Below are positions 28,518 through 37,687 of a stretch of 64,000 nucleotides of DNA, piece after piece; the stretch's first letter is position 1, and the number at the start of each line of letters is the position of its first letter. The notes under the pieces are model-generated. The model ran no database searches. It worked only from the letters and a program-made list of their open reading frames with translations, and was not told where the DNA came from. The DNA is taken from the NCBI GenBank assembly GCA_965203355.1, contig OZ241889.1, positions 2,016,001 to 2,080,000 on the forward strand, read 5' to 3'. The stretch is from Candidatus Latescibacterota bacterium (lineage in GTDB: Bacteria > Latescibacterota > UBA2968 > UBA8231). Made by a program: the position numbers and the translations under genes.

Positions 28518-30160
28518 TGGGCGCGTTGATATGGTACGCGGTCGGGTTGCTCGTCGGGGCCGCTAGCGGGTGGAGCGAGCCGCTCGCTGTGCAATTCGTA
28601 GATCGGGCACCGGCCGCTGGCCTGACGCAGCGCAATGTCTCGGGCATCGACCAAAGCTACATAGTCGAGGGGATGATGGGCGGTGCCGCCTTTTTCGATT
28701 ACGACCGCGATGGCGACGTGGATTTATACGTGACCAACGGCTCTTCCTTTGCGGGCTTTGCCGCGGGCGAGCATCCGGCTAACCAACTCTACCGCAACGA
28801 TGGTGGCCACTTTGCCGATGTGACGCTCGCCGCTGATGTCGGGGATACGAGCTGGTCAATGGGATGCGCGGTGGCCGATTACGACAACGATGGCCACTCG
28901 GATCTCTACGTTACCAACTTTGGCCGCAACACCTTGTATCGCAACGCGGGTGCCGGTCGTTTTGCCGATGTGACGGGAGAGACTGGCGTCGGCGATATAG
29001 GGTGGGGCACCGGTGTCAGTTTTGGCGATTACGACCGCGATGGCGACGTGGATTTGTACGTGGCCAATTACGTGGATTTTTCCCTCGACTACGAGTCCCC
29101 AATCCCTTGCCTGTGGAAGAACGTGAAAGTGTATTGCGGGCCGGTAGGTCTGCTCCCGGCGGCGGATGTGTTCTACCGCAACAACGGCGATGGGACGTTC
29201 TCGGAGTGGACGCAACAGGCCGGGCTGAAAGGCGAAAAGTTCTACGGCATGAGTGCCCTGTTCGGAGACTACGACGCCGACGGATGGCCTGACCTGTTCG
29301 TGGCCAACGATTCCACGCCCAACCTGCTTTTTCGCAATCGCCAGGATGGCCGCTTCACCGAGGAGGCACTCATGGCCGGGGTGGCGTATAGCGGGGAGGG
29401 CGTGACGCAGGGGTGCATGGGGGCCACGTGGGGCGATTACGACAACGACGGTCTGTTCGATCTCTTTGTCTCCAATTTTGCCGACGAGTACAACGCGCTG
29501 TACAAGAACGAGGGGGGCGGCTTTTTTGCGGATGTGTCTTTTGCCGCGGGGATCGGGGCGGCACCGGCTGAATTGGTTTCGTGGGGTACGGGCTTTTTCG
29601 ACTACGACAACGACGGCGATCGCGATCTCTTCGTGGCCAACGGCCACACCTACCCGCAGGCCGACTTGCCGCGGGTCAACTCCAGCTATGAGCAAGCTAA
29701 CTCGCTGTTTGAAAATAGGGGCGGGCGGCTACGGGAGGTGTCAGCCACAGCTGGCCCGGGCTTTGTCTTGCGCCGCGTCAGCCGCGGGACCAGTTTGGCC
29801 GACTACGACAACGATGGCGACATCGACTTATTCGTTCTCAATCTCAACAGCAGGCCAACCCTGTTGCGCAACGACGGCGACCTTGGCAACCACTATCTGC
29901 TGGTGCGGACGGAGGGCACAGTGAGCAATCGCGACGGGATTGGTGCACACGTTATTATCCATGCCGGTGGGCAGACCCAGTACGCCGAGGTGCAAAGCGG
30001 GGGAAGCTATTTGTCGCACAACGATCTGCGGCTACACTTTGGCTTGGGTCGGGCCGAGCGCGTGGAGCGGCTCGAAGTACGCTGGCCTAGCGGGACAGTT
30101 CAGGTTCTGAATGACATTGCTGCCGATCAGGTAGTGACCGTTGTCGAGCCGTGTCAATAG
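28517..30160 (+). CDS. CRTAC1-family FG-GAP repeat protein with ASPIC/UnbV C-terminus
   Basis: DYDRDGDVDLYV repeats, NRDGIGA, GGSYLSHNDLRLHFGLG, WPSG; coupled to the upstream paralog. Confidence 0.9.
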   Translation: MGALIWYAVGLLVGAASGWSEPLAVQFVDRAPAAGLTQRNVSGIDQSYIVEGMMGGAAFFDYDRDGDVDLYVTNGSSFAGFAAGEHPANQLYRNDGGHFADVTLAADVGDTSWSMGCAVADYDNDGHSDLYVTNFGRNTLYRNAGAGRFADVTGETGVGDIGWGTGVSFGDYDRDGDVDLYVANYVDFSLDYESPIPCLWKNVKVYCGPVGLLPAADVFYRNNGDGTFSEWTQQAGLKGEKFYGMSALFGDYDADGWPDLFVANDSTPNLLFRNRQDGRFTEEALMAGVAYSGEGVTQGCMGATWGDYDNDGLFDLFVSNFADEYNALYKNEGGGFFADVSFAAGIGAAPAELVSWGTGFFDYDNDGDRDLFVANGHTYPQADLPRVNSSYEQANSLFENRGGRLREVSATAGPGFVLRRVSRGTSLADYDNDGDIDLFVLNLNSRPTLLRNDGDLGNHYLLVRTEGTVSNRDGIGAHVIIHAGGQTQYAEVQSGGSYLSHNDLRLHFGLGRAERVERLEVRWPSGTVQVLNDIAADQVVTVVEPCQ

Positions 30161-32058
30161 ACGATAGAGACGAGGCACTGACGTTTCTGTTGGCCGCGGT
30201 CGGTCTCTGCGGTGAAGCGAATGAGGTAAGATCCCGGCGGCACGAGGTGGTCGCTGAGAGTGCGGCCGTCCCACTCGACGGCAAAGCGGCCACTGGTGGC
30301 AGGTCCGGCGTAGATGTCTCTCACCTTGCGGCCGGCTAGATCGAAGGCCGCGAGTTCTACTTGAATAGCATCCACTATATACAGAAGGTCGTATTCGATC
30401 CGCACGGTATCGTTGCGGCCGTCGCCGTTGGGGGTAAAAACCGCCGGGTGCAGAGCGAGGCGACCGATGAGCGGCTGGTCTAAGCTAAGTAAGGCCACTT
30501 GCAGACTGCTGGTCGCCTTTGGGGTCACGGGCTGGGCGACTTCAAACGGGCGGCTGCTATCGCGAATTCGCCCCGCAAAGCGAGTGTTGTACGCGAATAC
30601 CTCAGCGCGGAAATCGACCTCAATCTGCTCGGCGGTCCGCTGCTGGTCCATGCGGGGCAGCGCGACTTCAAACCCCTCAGCGGTATGCTGCGCGATGGTA
30701 TAGGCGACATCCACCCCGCCGACCCGCACGGCCTCTACGGCCTGTACCTGTGCGGTAGTGGCGATAGCTAGGTGATCGAATCCGAGGTCGCCGGCTGCGA
30801 TGTGCGGCTCTAGATAGAAGGTGAATGAGGTCGGGGTCAGGGCTTGGGCTTGCAGCGGTTGGATTTGCCCGAGGGCTTGGGAAGCGGGCGGCGGGATGGA
30901 CGCGCTGAATTGCAAGTAAGCGAGGTGCCCCGTCGCTTCGACAGTCGAATGGAATTCGGCCCTAAACTGAGCGTAACGGCGCAACCGATTGACCGGCATT
31001 GGCCCGCGACCTGGCGCAAAGGCAAAGGGCGCGTTCCAGAAGTTCCAGTCCTCGATGTCTGGGGTGGAGCCGGCCTGCTCGCCCTTTTGTAAGCGGTTGT
31101 AGGTTTGTAGGGTGATCGGTTGGCCAGCGGCGTCGAAGCGGGTAAGCTCATTGCCGCGGAACGTGCGCCGCCAATAGGTGTTGGGGTCGTCGTCGTCGCC
31201 TGTGCGTACACTCAACTCAATGCGGGCCTCAGCGTCGATATGGCCGTCCCAAGTCAATGCGCCCAAAGCGGCCGGTTGGCCCAAGTCGATGATATTGGAG
31301 GTATAGCGGGAGAAGGCGGCCGGTCCGGCCCCGTAAATCTCAAATTCGGCGATCTCCCAGATGCCACGACTGTTTTCGGGTAACTCGATGAACACCTGTT
31401 GAATGGGTTCTTCGGGCAGAGCCAACTCCATGACGGCTTGGGTGTTCTCACTCACGCGGTGGACGATGTCAAAGTCGAGCGTGCTGTTGCGCCAGCTAAC
31501 CGCGTACTCGCGGGTACCGTCGACGAGGGGGTCGCCGTCACTGGTACCTAGGATGAAGCTCTCAACAAAGCGGGTCGCCGCAAAGCGCGGGCGTGGGTAA
31601 AAGCGCACGCGATCGACGAAGAAACGCCCGCCAAAGTCAAAGACCCAATACTTGCGCTGGGGACCGTAACCGACGACGCGAAGATAACGCCCGTCCCCTA
31701 GATAAGCGGTTTCCGGGTCGCCGTCAAAGATCAGGATGTCGTCTTCGTACCACTCTCGCCAGCCGTTCCACTCTAGGATGAGGATGCGGCCACCGAGGGA
31801 CTCTACGAGCGGTGCCAAGTTGACCGAGGTAGTTAGCGATAACGGACCGATGCGTTCTGGCTGCAAGTCGATCCATTGGGCCAGTCCGTGCTGGTTGGGA
31901 TCCACGGCTTCCCACGATAGTTGCACGAACTCGTACTCGGCTTCCAACTCTGGTTTGGGCAGGTCGCTCCCGCCGATGCGATAGATGGTAAGCGCGTGAG
32001 ATGGGAGGGCTATCGCAAGATAGCAGGTTGCCCAGTAGAGGATGCGTTGGTAAGACAT
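30154..32058 (-). CDS. Secreted discoidin-like-domain protein with FTPNGDG/FlgD CTD (paralog 1)
   Basis: Signal peptide then LTIYRIGG; FDGDPETAY..FDFGGRFFVDRVRFYPR..WEIAEFEIYG; C-terminal VFTPNGDGRND..WDGR..VPPGSY. Confidence 0.75.
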   Translation of the reverse strand: MSYQRILYWATCYLAIALPSHALTIYRIGGSDLPKPELEAEYEFVQLSWEAVDPNQHGLAQWIDLQPERIGPLSLTTSVNLAPLVESLGGRILILEWNGWREWYEDDILIFDGDPETAYLGDGRYLRVVGYGPQRKYWVFDFGGRFFVDRVRFYPRPRFAATRFVESFILGTSDGDPLVDGTREYAVSWRNSTLDFDIVHRVSENTQAVMELALPEEPIQQVFIELPENSRGIWEIAEFEIYGAGPAAFSRYTSNIIDLGQPAALGALTWDGHIDAEARIELSVRTGDDDDPNTYWRRTFRGNELTRFDAAGQPITLQTYNRLQKGEQAGSTPDIEDWNFWNAPFAFAPGRGPMPVNRLRRYAQFRAEFHSTVEATGHLAYLQFSASIPPPASQALGQIQPLQAQALTPTSFTFYLEPHIAAGDLGFDHLAIATTAQVQAVEAVRVGGVDVAYTIAQHTAEGFEVALPRMDQQRTAEQIEVDFRAEVFAYNTRFAGRIRDSSRPFEVAQPVTPKATSSLQVALLSLDQPLIGRLALHPAVFTPNGDGRNDTVRIEYDLLYIVDAIQVELAAFDLAGRKVRDIYAGPATSGRFAVEWDGRTLSDHLVPPGSYLIRFTAETDRGQQKRQCLVSIVY

Positions 32059-32062
32059 GAGA

Positions 32063-33511
32063 CTACGGAACTTCGCGCGCTAGTTGCTGGGCTTTTTCGC
32101 GGTGCACTTGGCTTTTTTGCAGGTGCCCCAATTGCTGGTATGCGTCGCTGAGGTAGAGATGGGCGCGGTCGTTGGCGGGATCCAGCTCGATGGCGCGGGC
32201 ATACGCATGGGCGGCTTCGTCGAATTGGGCCAATTTCGCGTGTGCCACTCCGAGGTTTAGCTGTGCGACGGCACTGGTTGGGTTGAGTCGGGCGGCTTCA
32301 GCAAAGTGGGCGACAGCCCCAGTCAAATCGCCCGTGCGGGCTGCGGCTAAGCCAAGTCCGTAGGCGACCTCGTGCAAGCTAGAGTCGAGTGCAGCGGCGC
32401 GCAGAAGGCTGGTCCGAGCGTCCGCATAGCGTTGCTGCTTGAGGAGGATCATCCCTAACCGAGTATGACTTAGTGGATCTTCTTCGTCGAGGGCAAGAGC
32501 TTGGCGGAAGCTCTCGGCTGCCGCGGCCAAATCGCCCTGATAGGTGAAGAGGACGCCGCGGCTACTGTAGGCGTCTTTTAGCTTGGGGTTGATGGCGAGA
32601 GCGTTTTGATATTCGAGGATAGCTTGGTCGTATTGGCCTTGCAGAGCGAGGTTTAAGGCGAGATTGTAGCGGGCCGTGGCCGAGCCGACGGTCACCGCAG
32701 GCCCCGCAGGCTGGGATTGCTCCGAGCCGATGCCCCGGTGGTGCTGGCGGAGGATTTCCGAGCGAGCGAGGGCCTTTTCGCCTTGTTCGCGCTGCCCGGT
32801 GCGCAGGTAGAGTTGCGACAGATTGAAGTGAACTTGGGGCGAGTAAGGGTTGAGCTTGGCGGCCCGCTCTAGGGCTTCGACAGCTTGGTCATAGTGCCCC
32901 TGAGCGCGGTGCAGCAAGCCGCAGTGGAAATGTGCTTCGGCGTCTTCGGGCGCGTACTGAACGGCGCGTTGTAGATGCCTGAGGGCTTGGTCTAAGTCCC
33001 CTTGCCGTCGGTAATACAGGCCCAGCTTCTTGTGGGCTGGCGCGAGCGTGGAATCCACCTGTAGGGCGGCCAGATAGGCCCCTTCGGCGAGGTGTGCGCT
33101 GTCGCGGTAGCTATACACGAGGCCGAGGTTGTAGTGGGTAGTGGCGCGCTGCGAGTCGAGTTCGATGGCCTGTTGGAAGGCCCGCAGAGCGGCATCGGTA
33201 TCGCTGTAGCGAGCCTCGGCGAAAGCGCGGGTCATCTCGATGGCGCCGAGTAGATCGTAGAGATCGGGATCATTAGGGGCTAGAGCTAGGCCGGTACGCG
33301 CTGCTTCCCGCGCTTGCTGGTACTGGCCGACTTGGAGGTAGCAACGTCCTAAGTAGCGATAGGCGACTTGCGATGGGGACGGGCGTTGCACCGCTCGCTG
33401 CAAGACCTCAATCGCGGCTTGGTAGTCTCGGTTGTGGAAACGTTGCTGGCCCTCGACTAACAGCGGATCATCGCGGGCGCAGCCCCAAGCGAGTAAAAAG
33501 AGCAGGAGCAC
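32063..33511 (-). CDS. TPR-repeat lipoprotein
   Basis: Lipobox LAWGC and many TPR motifs (HYNLGLVY, AHFHCGLL, ARYNLAL, AQLNLGVA). Confidence 0.88.
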   Translation of the reverse strand: MLLLFLLAWGCARDDPLLVEGQQRFHNRDYQAAIEVLQRAVQRPSPSQVAYRYLGRCYLQVGQYQQAREAARTGLALAPNDPDLYDLLGAIEMTRAFAEARYSDTDAALRAFQQAIELDSQRATTHYNLGLVYSYRDSAHLAEGAYLAALQVDSTLAPAHKKLGLYYRRQGDLDQALRHLQRAVQYAPEDAEAHFHCGLLHRAQGHYDQAVEALERAAKLNPYSPQVHFNLSQLYLRTGQREQGEKALARSEILRQHHRGIGSEQSQPAGPAVTVGSATARYNLALNLALQGQYDQAILEYQNALAINPKLKDAYSSRGVLFTYQGDLAAAAESFRQALALDEEDPLSHTRLGMILLKQQRYADARTSLLRAAALDSSLHEVAYGLGLAAARTGDLTGAVAHFAEAARLNPTSAVAQLNLGVAHAKLAQFDEAAHAYARAIELDPANDRAHLYLSDAYQQLGHLQKSQVHREKAQQLAREVP

Positions 33512-33525
33512 GGTCTAACTCAACT

Positions 33526-35229
33526 TCAATTGGGTACGCCGAGAGTGCCTTTTATCGCGTCTGCAAACTCCTCAACCGGGTATTGATCCCGCAGACCGCG
33601 CACGTAGCGCACGTAGCGGTGCTTGGACTTGTCGATCTTGACGTAAGCTGTGGCGCGGCGACGGGATGTGGCGTCGTAGGGATGTTTTTTTTGATGACGA
33701 TCGAGGATTTTGAAGACCGAGTATCCACCCTGCACCTGCACGGGGCCGCCGACTTGGCCGACGGGCAGAGAATGTGCCAAGTCGTAGATGCCTTGGTAGT
33801 AAGCCTTGGTATAGGGAGTGAGGCTCAAGTGCCCGTCGTGGTGGTCAGCACCGGGGCGGAGGGTGTGGACGCGGGCCAAGGGCGCAGGGTCGGCACCTGC
33901 GAGTATCTCGCGCTTGAGCCGCTGGGCCAACGAGTCGGAAGATGCGAGAATTTCTACTACTTCGGTCGTCAGCGGCGCGGTGAATTTTTCCGGATGGCTA
34001 TCGTAGAAGGCGCGGGCCTCCTCTGGGGTGGCTGTGACGTGCTGATCGACGTAACGCTGCCGCAGGGCGTTGAGCAGCAGGTCATCTCGCTTGTCGCGAA
34101 TGCGTTGTTGCAGGTTGGGATCTTCTGCTAGGCCGTGGGCGCGAGCCTCGGTGGCGAAGAGAAAAGCCGGGATGATCGCGGTTTCGAGCAGGAAGACGAC
34201 GCGCGCGGAATCGGCTAGCTCCGGCCGGCCGGCACGCATTTCCCGCGCCATTTGTGCAAACTCTTGGCAACTGATTTGACCGCCGCGAAAGGAGACGAGA
34301 GGCTTGTCGATCAACGCAGCCGGCAGGGCATATAGATCGCTCTCGGCCTGCTGGCTATGCTGGTTGAGATGGCGAATCTGCTCAGGGTACAACTCGGGGC
34401 CGTATGCACTTTTGAGCGAGTCGAGGAGGGCTTGGTAGCGGGCAGTTCGCTTGCGACCGAAAATTTCCTCCCGCACTTTGTGCTCGGAAGCAGCGAGCGG
34501 CAGGGGCATCTCGTCGGTAACTTGAAAGATCGCGTAGTGGGTCTTGCCAGCAAACTGGAAGCGGATGGGTTCGGATACCTCGCCCACGGCGAGAGAGAAA
34601 ATCGCTTCGGCAATGGACGGAAGGACCTTATCCTTGAGCTTGTAGCCCCCTACATCGCCCCCTTGCTCGCCGCTATCGCGGTGCAGAGAGTGCCCCTTGG
34701 CTAAATCCATGAACTGCGCCCCGTTGGCTACGGCCTGTAAAATTTCCTCGGCTTCTTCGCGGGTCTCTAGCATGATGCCGCTAAAGCGCAAGGCGCGATC
34801 GCGGTGAGTGGCTCGATAGTGAGCTTCCATCTCTTCATCCGTAACGACGATCTTTTGAGAGATTTCGCGATGCGTGTACAAATCGAGCAAGAGGTTTTTG
34901 GAGAAAAAGGCCAACTCGGCTTGGAGCGCGGGATCGTCGGATAGCTGAAGGGCCTCGGCCTCGGTGAGCAAGAGCCGCTTGTCGATCAAGCTATTGAGGA
35001 TTTGGCGGTTCTTGTCGAGCAAGGTATCGCCCTTTTTCATACCCTCTGGAATGAGTGCGCTGAACTCGGTGAAAGCGGAGAGGGTAATGGGGACACCGGC
35101 TACGGTCGCTAGGACGATATCCTGCTCTCTAGGCTGTTCGGGTTGGCCACTGCAGGATACAAAAAAAAGGGCCGAGAGACTTAGGAACAGGAGGATGCGT
35201 TTGTACTGAAAGGGCGAAGTCGAGGTCAT
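33526..35229 (-). CDS. Parvulin-type (PpiC/SurA-like) peptidyl-prolyl isomerase lipoprotein, two repeats
   Basis: Lipobox FVSC; VLATVAG; FMDLAKGHS....GGDVG, FSLAVGEVSEPI; second unit GQVGGPV..GYSVFKI. Confidence 0.82.
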   Translation of the reverse strand: MTSTSPFQYKRILLFLSLSALFFVSCSGQPEQPREQDIVLATVAGVPITLSAFTEFSALIPEGMKKGDTLLDKNRQILNSLIDKRLLLTEAEALQLSDDPALQAELAFFSKNLLLDLYTHREISQKIVVTDEEMEAHYRATHRDRALRFSGIMLETREEAEEILQAVANGAQFMDLAKGHSLHRDSGEQGGDVGGYKLKDKVLPSIAEAIFSLAVGEVSEPIRFQFAGKTHYAIFQVTDEMPLPLAASEHKVREEIFGRKRTARYQALLDSLKSAYGPELYPEQIRHLNQHSQQAESDLYALPAALIDKPLVSFRGGQISCQEFAQMAREMRAGRPELADSARVVFLLETAIIPAFLFATEARAHGLAEDPNLQQRIRDKRDDLLLNALRQRYVDQHVTATPEEARAFYDSHPEKFTAPLTTEVVEILASSDSLAQRLKREILAGADPAPLARVHTLRPGADHHDGHLSLTPYTKAYYQGIYDLAHSLPVGQVGGPVQVQGGYSVFKILDRHQKKHPYDATSRRRATAYVKIDKSKHRYVRYVRGLRDQYPVEEFADAIKGTLGVPN

Positions 35230-35402
35230 GGGAAATTTCTTGCTCTAGGGAGGAGTATTCGCTTATTTAGCAGACAGTTAATTTAGGATGTGATGCATTT
35301 TTGGCAACAATACAGGAGAACATTCGGTATTGTGGAATGCCCCCTAACCCGTCCTTCTCACCAAATTATTTATTAATAGATACATAGATAGAGTTTCGAT
35401 TT

Positions 35403-37658
35403 ATGCGAATAACTTTTCGATCTACTTTCCTCGTCGGTGGTTTCCTGCTCGCCGCTTTCGCGACGGGAAAGTCAGCGGTTGCGGAAGTCGTGGTCATCGG
35501 CGGTGCAGAGGGCCTGAGTTGGGAGAGTGGGGGTGGAGATCTTCCGGCCGTGGTCATCCGCAGCGAGAGTGCGATCGAAAAAACCAACGCTCCTGGGGGT
35601 GTCATCGACTTTGAACCCGAGGGCAGGCCCTATTTCATTGCACCCCAGCTCGCCGATACCACCCGCAACATAGCGATCGGCATTAACTCGCCATTGCGCG
35701 GCGGTAGTATTGAGTCGCCGAATAATCGATCCATTAGCGCGACCTTGGCCAATTTGATCGACAACGACGGCGACACGGCCTTGGACATGCGCGCTTCTGT
35801 GGGCACTCAAAGTGCCCGGGTCCTTGGGCTAATCATCGACTTGGATCTCGGGGCTCGTTTTGGCCTCAACCGCTTCAAGTTTTTTCCGCGCAACGGCGCC
35901 CCGGATTTTCCCTCAGTGGAATTCCCCTTCCAAAACGAATTCTTGCGGGGGTATGAGATTTTTATCAATGATGGTACGCCGGAAAACTCCTTTGAAGGCG
36001 TGCCCATTTTGCAAACCGTCGCGGTCGAGACTCAAAACGACCAATCCGTGGTGGATGTGCGGATCCCTCCGCAATACGTGCGCTTCGTGCGGCTGAAGGT
36101 GCTGACCGCGGCGGGCTTCGATATGGCCGAGTTCCAGATTTTCGGCACGGGTTTTGTGCCCGAAGCGAGTTATGTGTCCAATGTTTTCGACTTTGGCGAC
36201 TTAGCCTTGTTCGGCAATTTGCGCTGGATCCAAGATGCGGAAGGCGACGCAAACCTGTCTAGCCTGCAGGTTCGCACGCGTACAGGCGTGGATCCAGCCC
36301 CGGTCGAATTCAACAAAGTCCGCCCGGGCGAGCGCATATTCCGCGTGGGCGGCGGTGCTCAAGCTGGCAATCGTTCGGGCACCTCGACGGCCAATGTGGA
36401 GGTGCCGTGGAAGAGGGCCGAAGATGTCGACGATGCCGAATTAAAAGCCTTGGTCGGAGGTGTGCTAGACAACGACGAGGTGGATGTGCGCGAGGCACTT
36501 GGGGTATTCAAGGATCTGCCGCTGGACCAGCAGGCCCTCGTCACTCTCAACGAGGCTGATTACAACGCACTGCGGGGCGAGGACAAAGGGGGCATTCGCG
36601 ACGATGTCAACAACTGGAGTGGCTGGTCGCCTCCCTATCCGGCGTCCGGTATCGTCAGCCAAGATCAGATCTCAATAGACGGTGCCGGTGTCCCAATCTC
36701 CTCGCCCGGCCCGCGACGCTACTTCCAGTTTTCCATTGACTTTTTTAGCGACGATTTCGAGTCTGCGGCCTTAGTTGGTGGCTTGGCTTTTGATGTGATT
36801 TCGCCGCCCTTTGCCCAAGAGCTAATCGCCGAGATTTCGCCGCGCTCAGCGGCTGTGGGGAAGAATACCCGATTTTTGTACGCGGTACTCAACAAATCCT
36901 CTGGTCAGCAGCGCGGCTTTGACGCCCTTGAGATCGAGACTCCCTTGCGCGTTGAGGCCATCGGGCGCGTGCGGATTCAGCGGCCTAGCGGCGAGGTGCA
37001 AGCGGCGGATTTTTCCGACGCGTCCTTGGCGAACTTGCCCCAGGACAGCAATGGCCTCTCTATCGACGAAGTGCATGATGACCGCTTTGCGATCTCTTTC
37101 CCGCTCATACAAGAAGACGGGACAGTTTTGGAAGTAGAATTTGACAACGGGGTGCTGCGCTTTGGCACGACTTTTGTTGGCCGCGCCTTTAACCGCTCGG
37201 TCGAAACGACCATCGGACAGGGCGTTGTGGCCGGCAATGCCGCCGATTTGAGCCAGTCTGGATTTGCCGATTCCGATCTCCAGCCAGTGGGTACGCCGAT
37301 AGAGGAAAATCTCTCGGTGGCCGTACCCATCAGCAAAGAACTCTTGGCCAATGTGGCCGTGAATTCATCGGTGTTTACGCCTAACGGCGACGGGGCCAAT
37401 GATCGCGTCTTCATCCGGTACGACATCACCAATATCGCACGGCCCTCGCCGATAAAAGTCTCGATTTTCGATCTGTCCGGCCGTTTGGTTCGGGCCTTAG
37501 TTGACAGTGAGGCTATTAGCGGTCGTTTTGCCCAGCCTTGGGATGGCCGGGACGACGCCGGGATATACGTGCCGCCGGGGCACTATGCGTTTAGCGTCTT
37601 GCTGCAAGCTGGCACGGGCCAAGTGAGGAAAATCGGGGTCGTCGGAGTGGCTTACTAG
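35403..37658 (+). CDS. Secreted discoidin-like-domain protein with FTPNGDG/FlgD CTD (paralog 2)
   Basis: Signal peptide; DLGARFGLNRFKFFPR, MAEFQIFGTGFVPEASYVSNVFDFG, WSGWSPPY, GFD; CTD VFTPNGDGAND..WDGRDDAG..VPPG. Confidence 0.75.
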   Translation: MRITFRSTFLVGGFLLAAFATGKSAVAEVVVIGGAEGLSWESGGGDLPAVVIRSESAIEKTNAPGGVIDFEPEGRPYFIAPQLADTTRNIAIGINSPLRGGSIESPNNRSISATLANLIDNDGDTALDMRASVGTQSARVLGLIIDLDLGARFGLNRFKFFPRNGAPDFPSVEFPFQNEFLRGYEIFINDGTPENSFEGVPILQTVAVETQNDQSVVDVRIPPQYVRFVRLKVLTAAGFDMAEFQIFGTGFVPEASYVSNVFDFGDLALFGNLRWIQDAEGDANLSSLQVRTRTGVDPAPVEFNKVRPGERIFRVGGGAQAGNRSGTSTANVEVPWKRAEDVDDAELKALVGGVLDNDEVDVREALGVFKDLPLDQQALVTLNEADYNALRGEDKGGIRDDVNNWSGWSPPYPASGIVSQDQISIDGAGVPISSPGPRRYFQFSIDFFSDDFESAALVGGLAFDVISPPFAQELIAEISPRSAAVGKNTRFLYAVLNKSSGQQRGFDALEIETPLRVEAIGRVRIQRPSGEVQAADFSDASLANLPQDSNGLSIDEVHDDRFAISFPLIQEDGTVLEVEFDNGVLRFGTTFVGRAFNRSVETTIGQGVVAGNAADLSQSGFADSDLQPVGTPIEENLSVAVPISKELLANVAVNSSVFTPNGDGANDRVFIRYDITNIARPSPIKVSIFDLSGRLVRALVDSEAISGRFAQPWDGRDDAGIYVPPGHYAFSVLLQAGTGQVRKIGVVGVAY

Positions 37659-37687
37659 ACTGCTCAACAAATTTAGGGAGAGATGAT

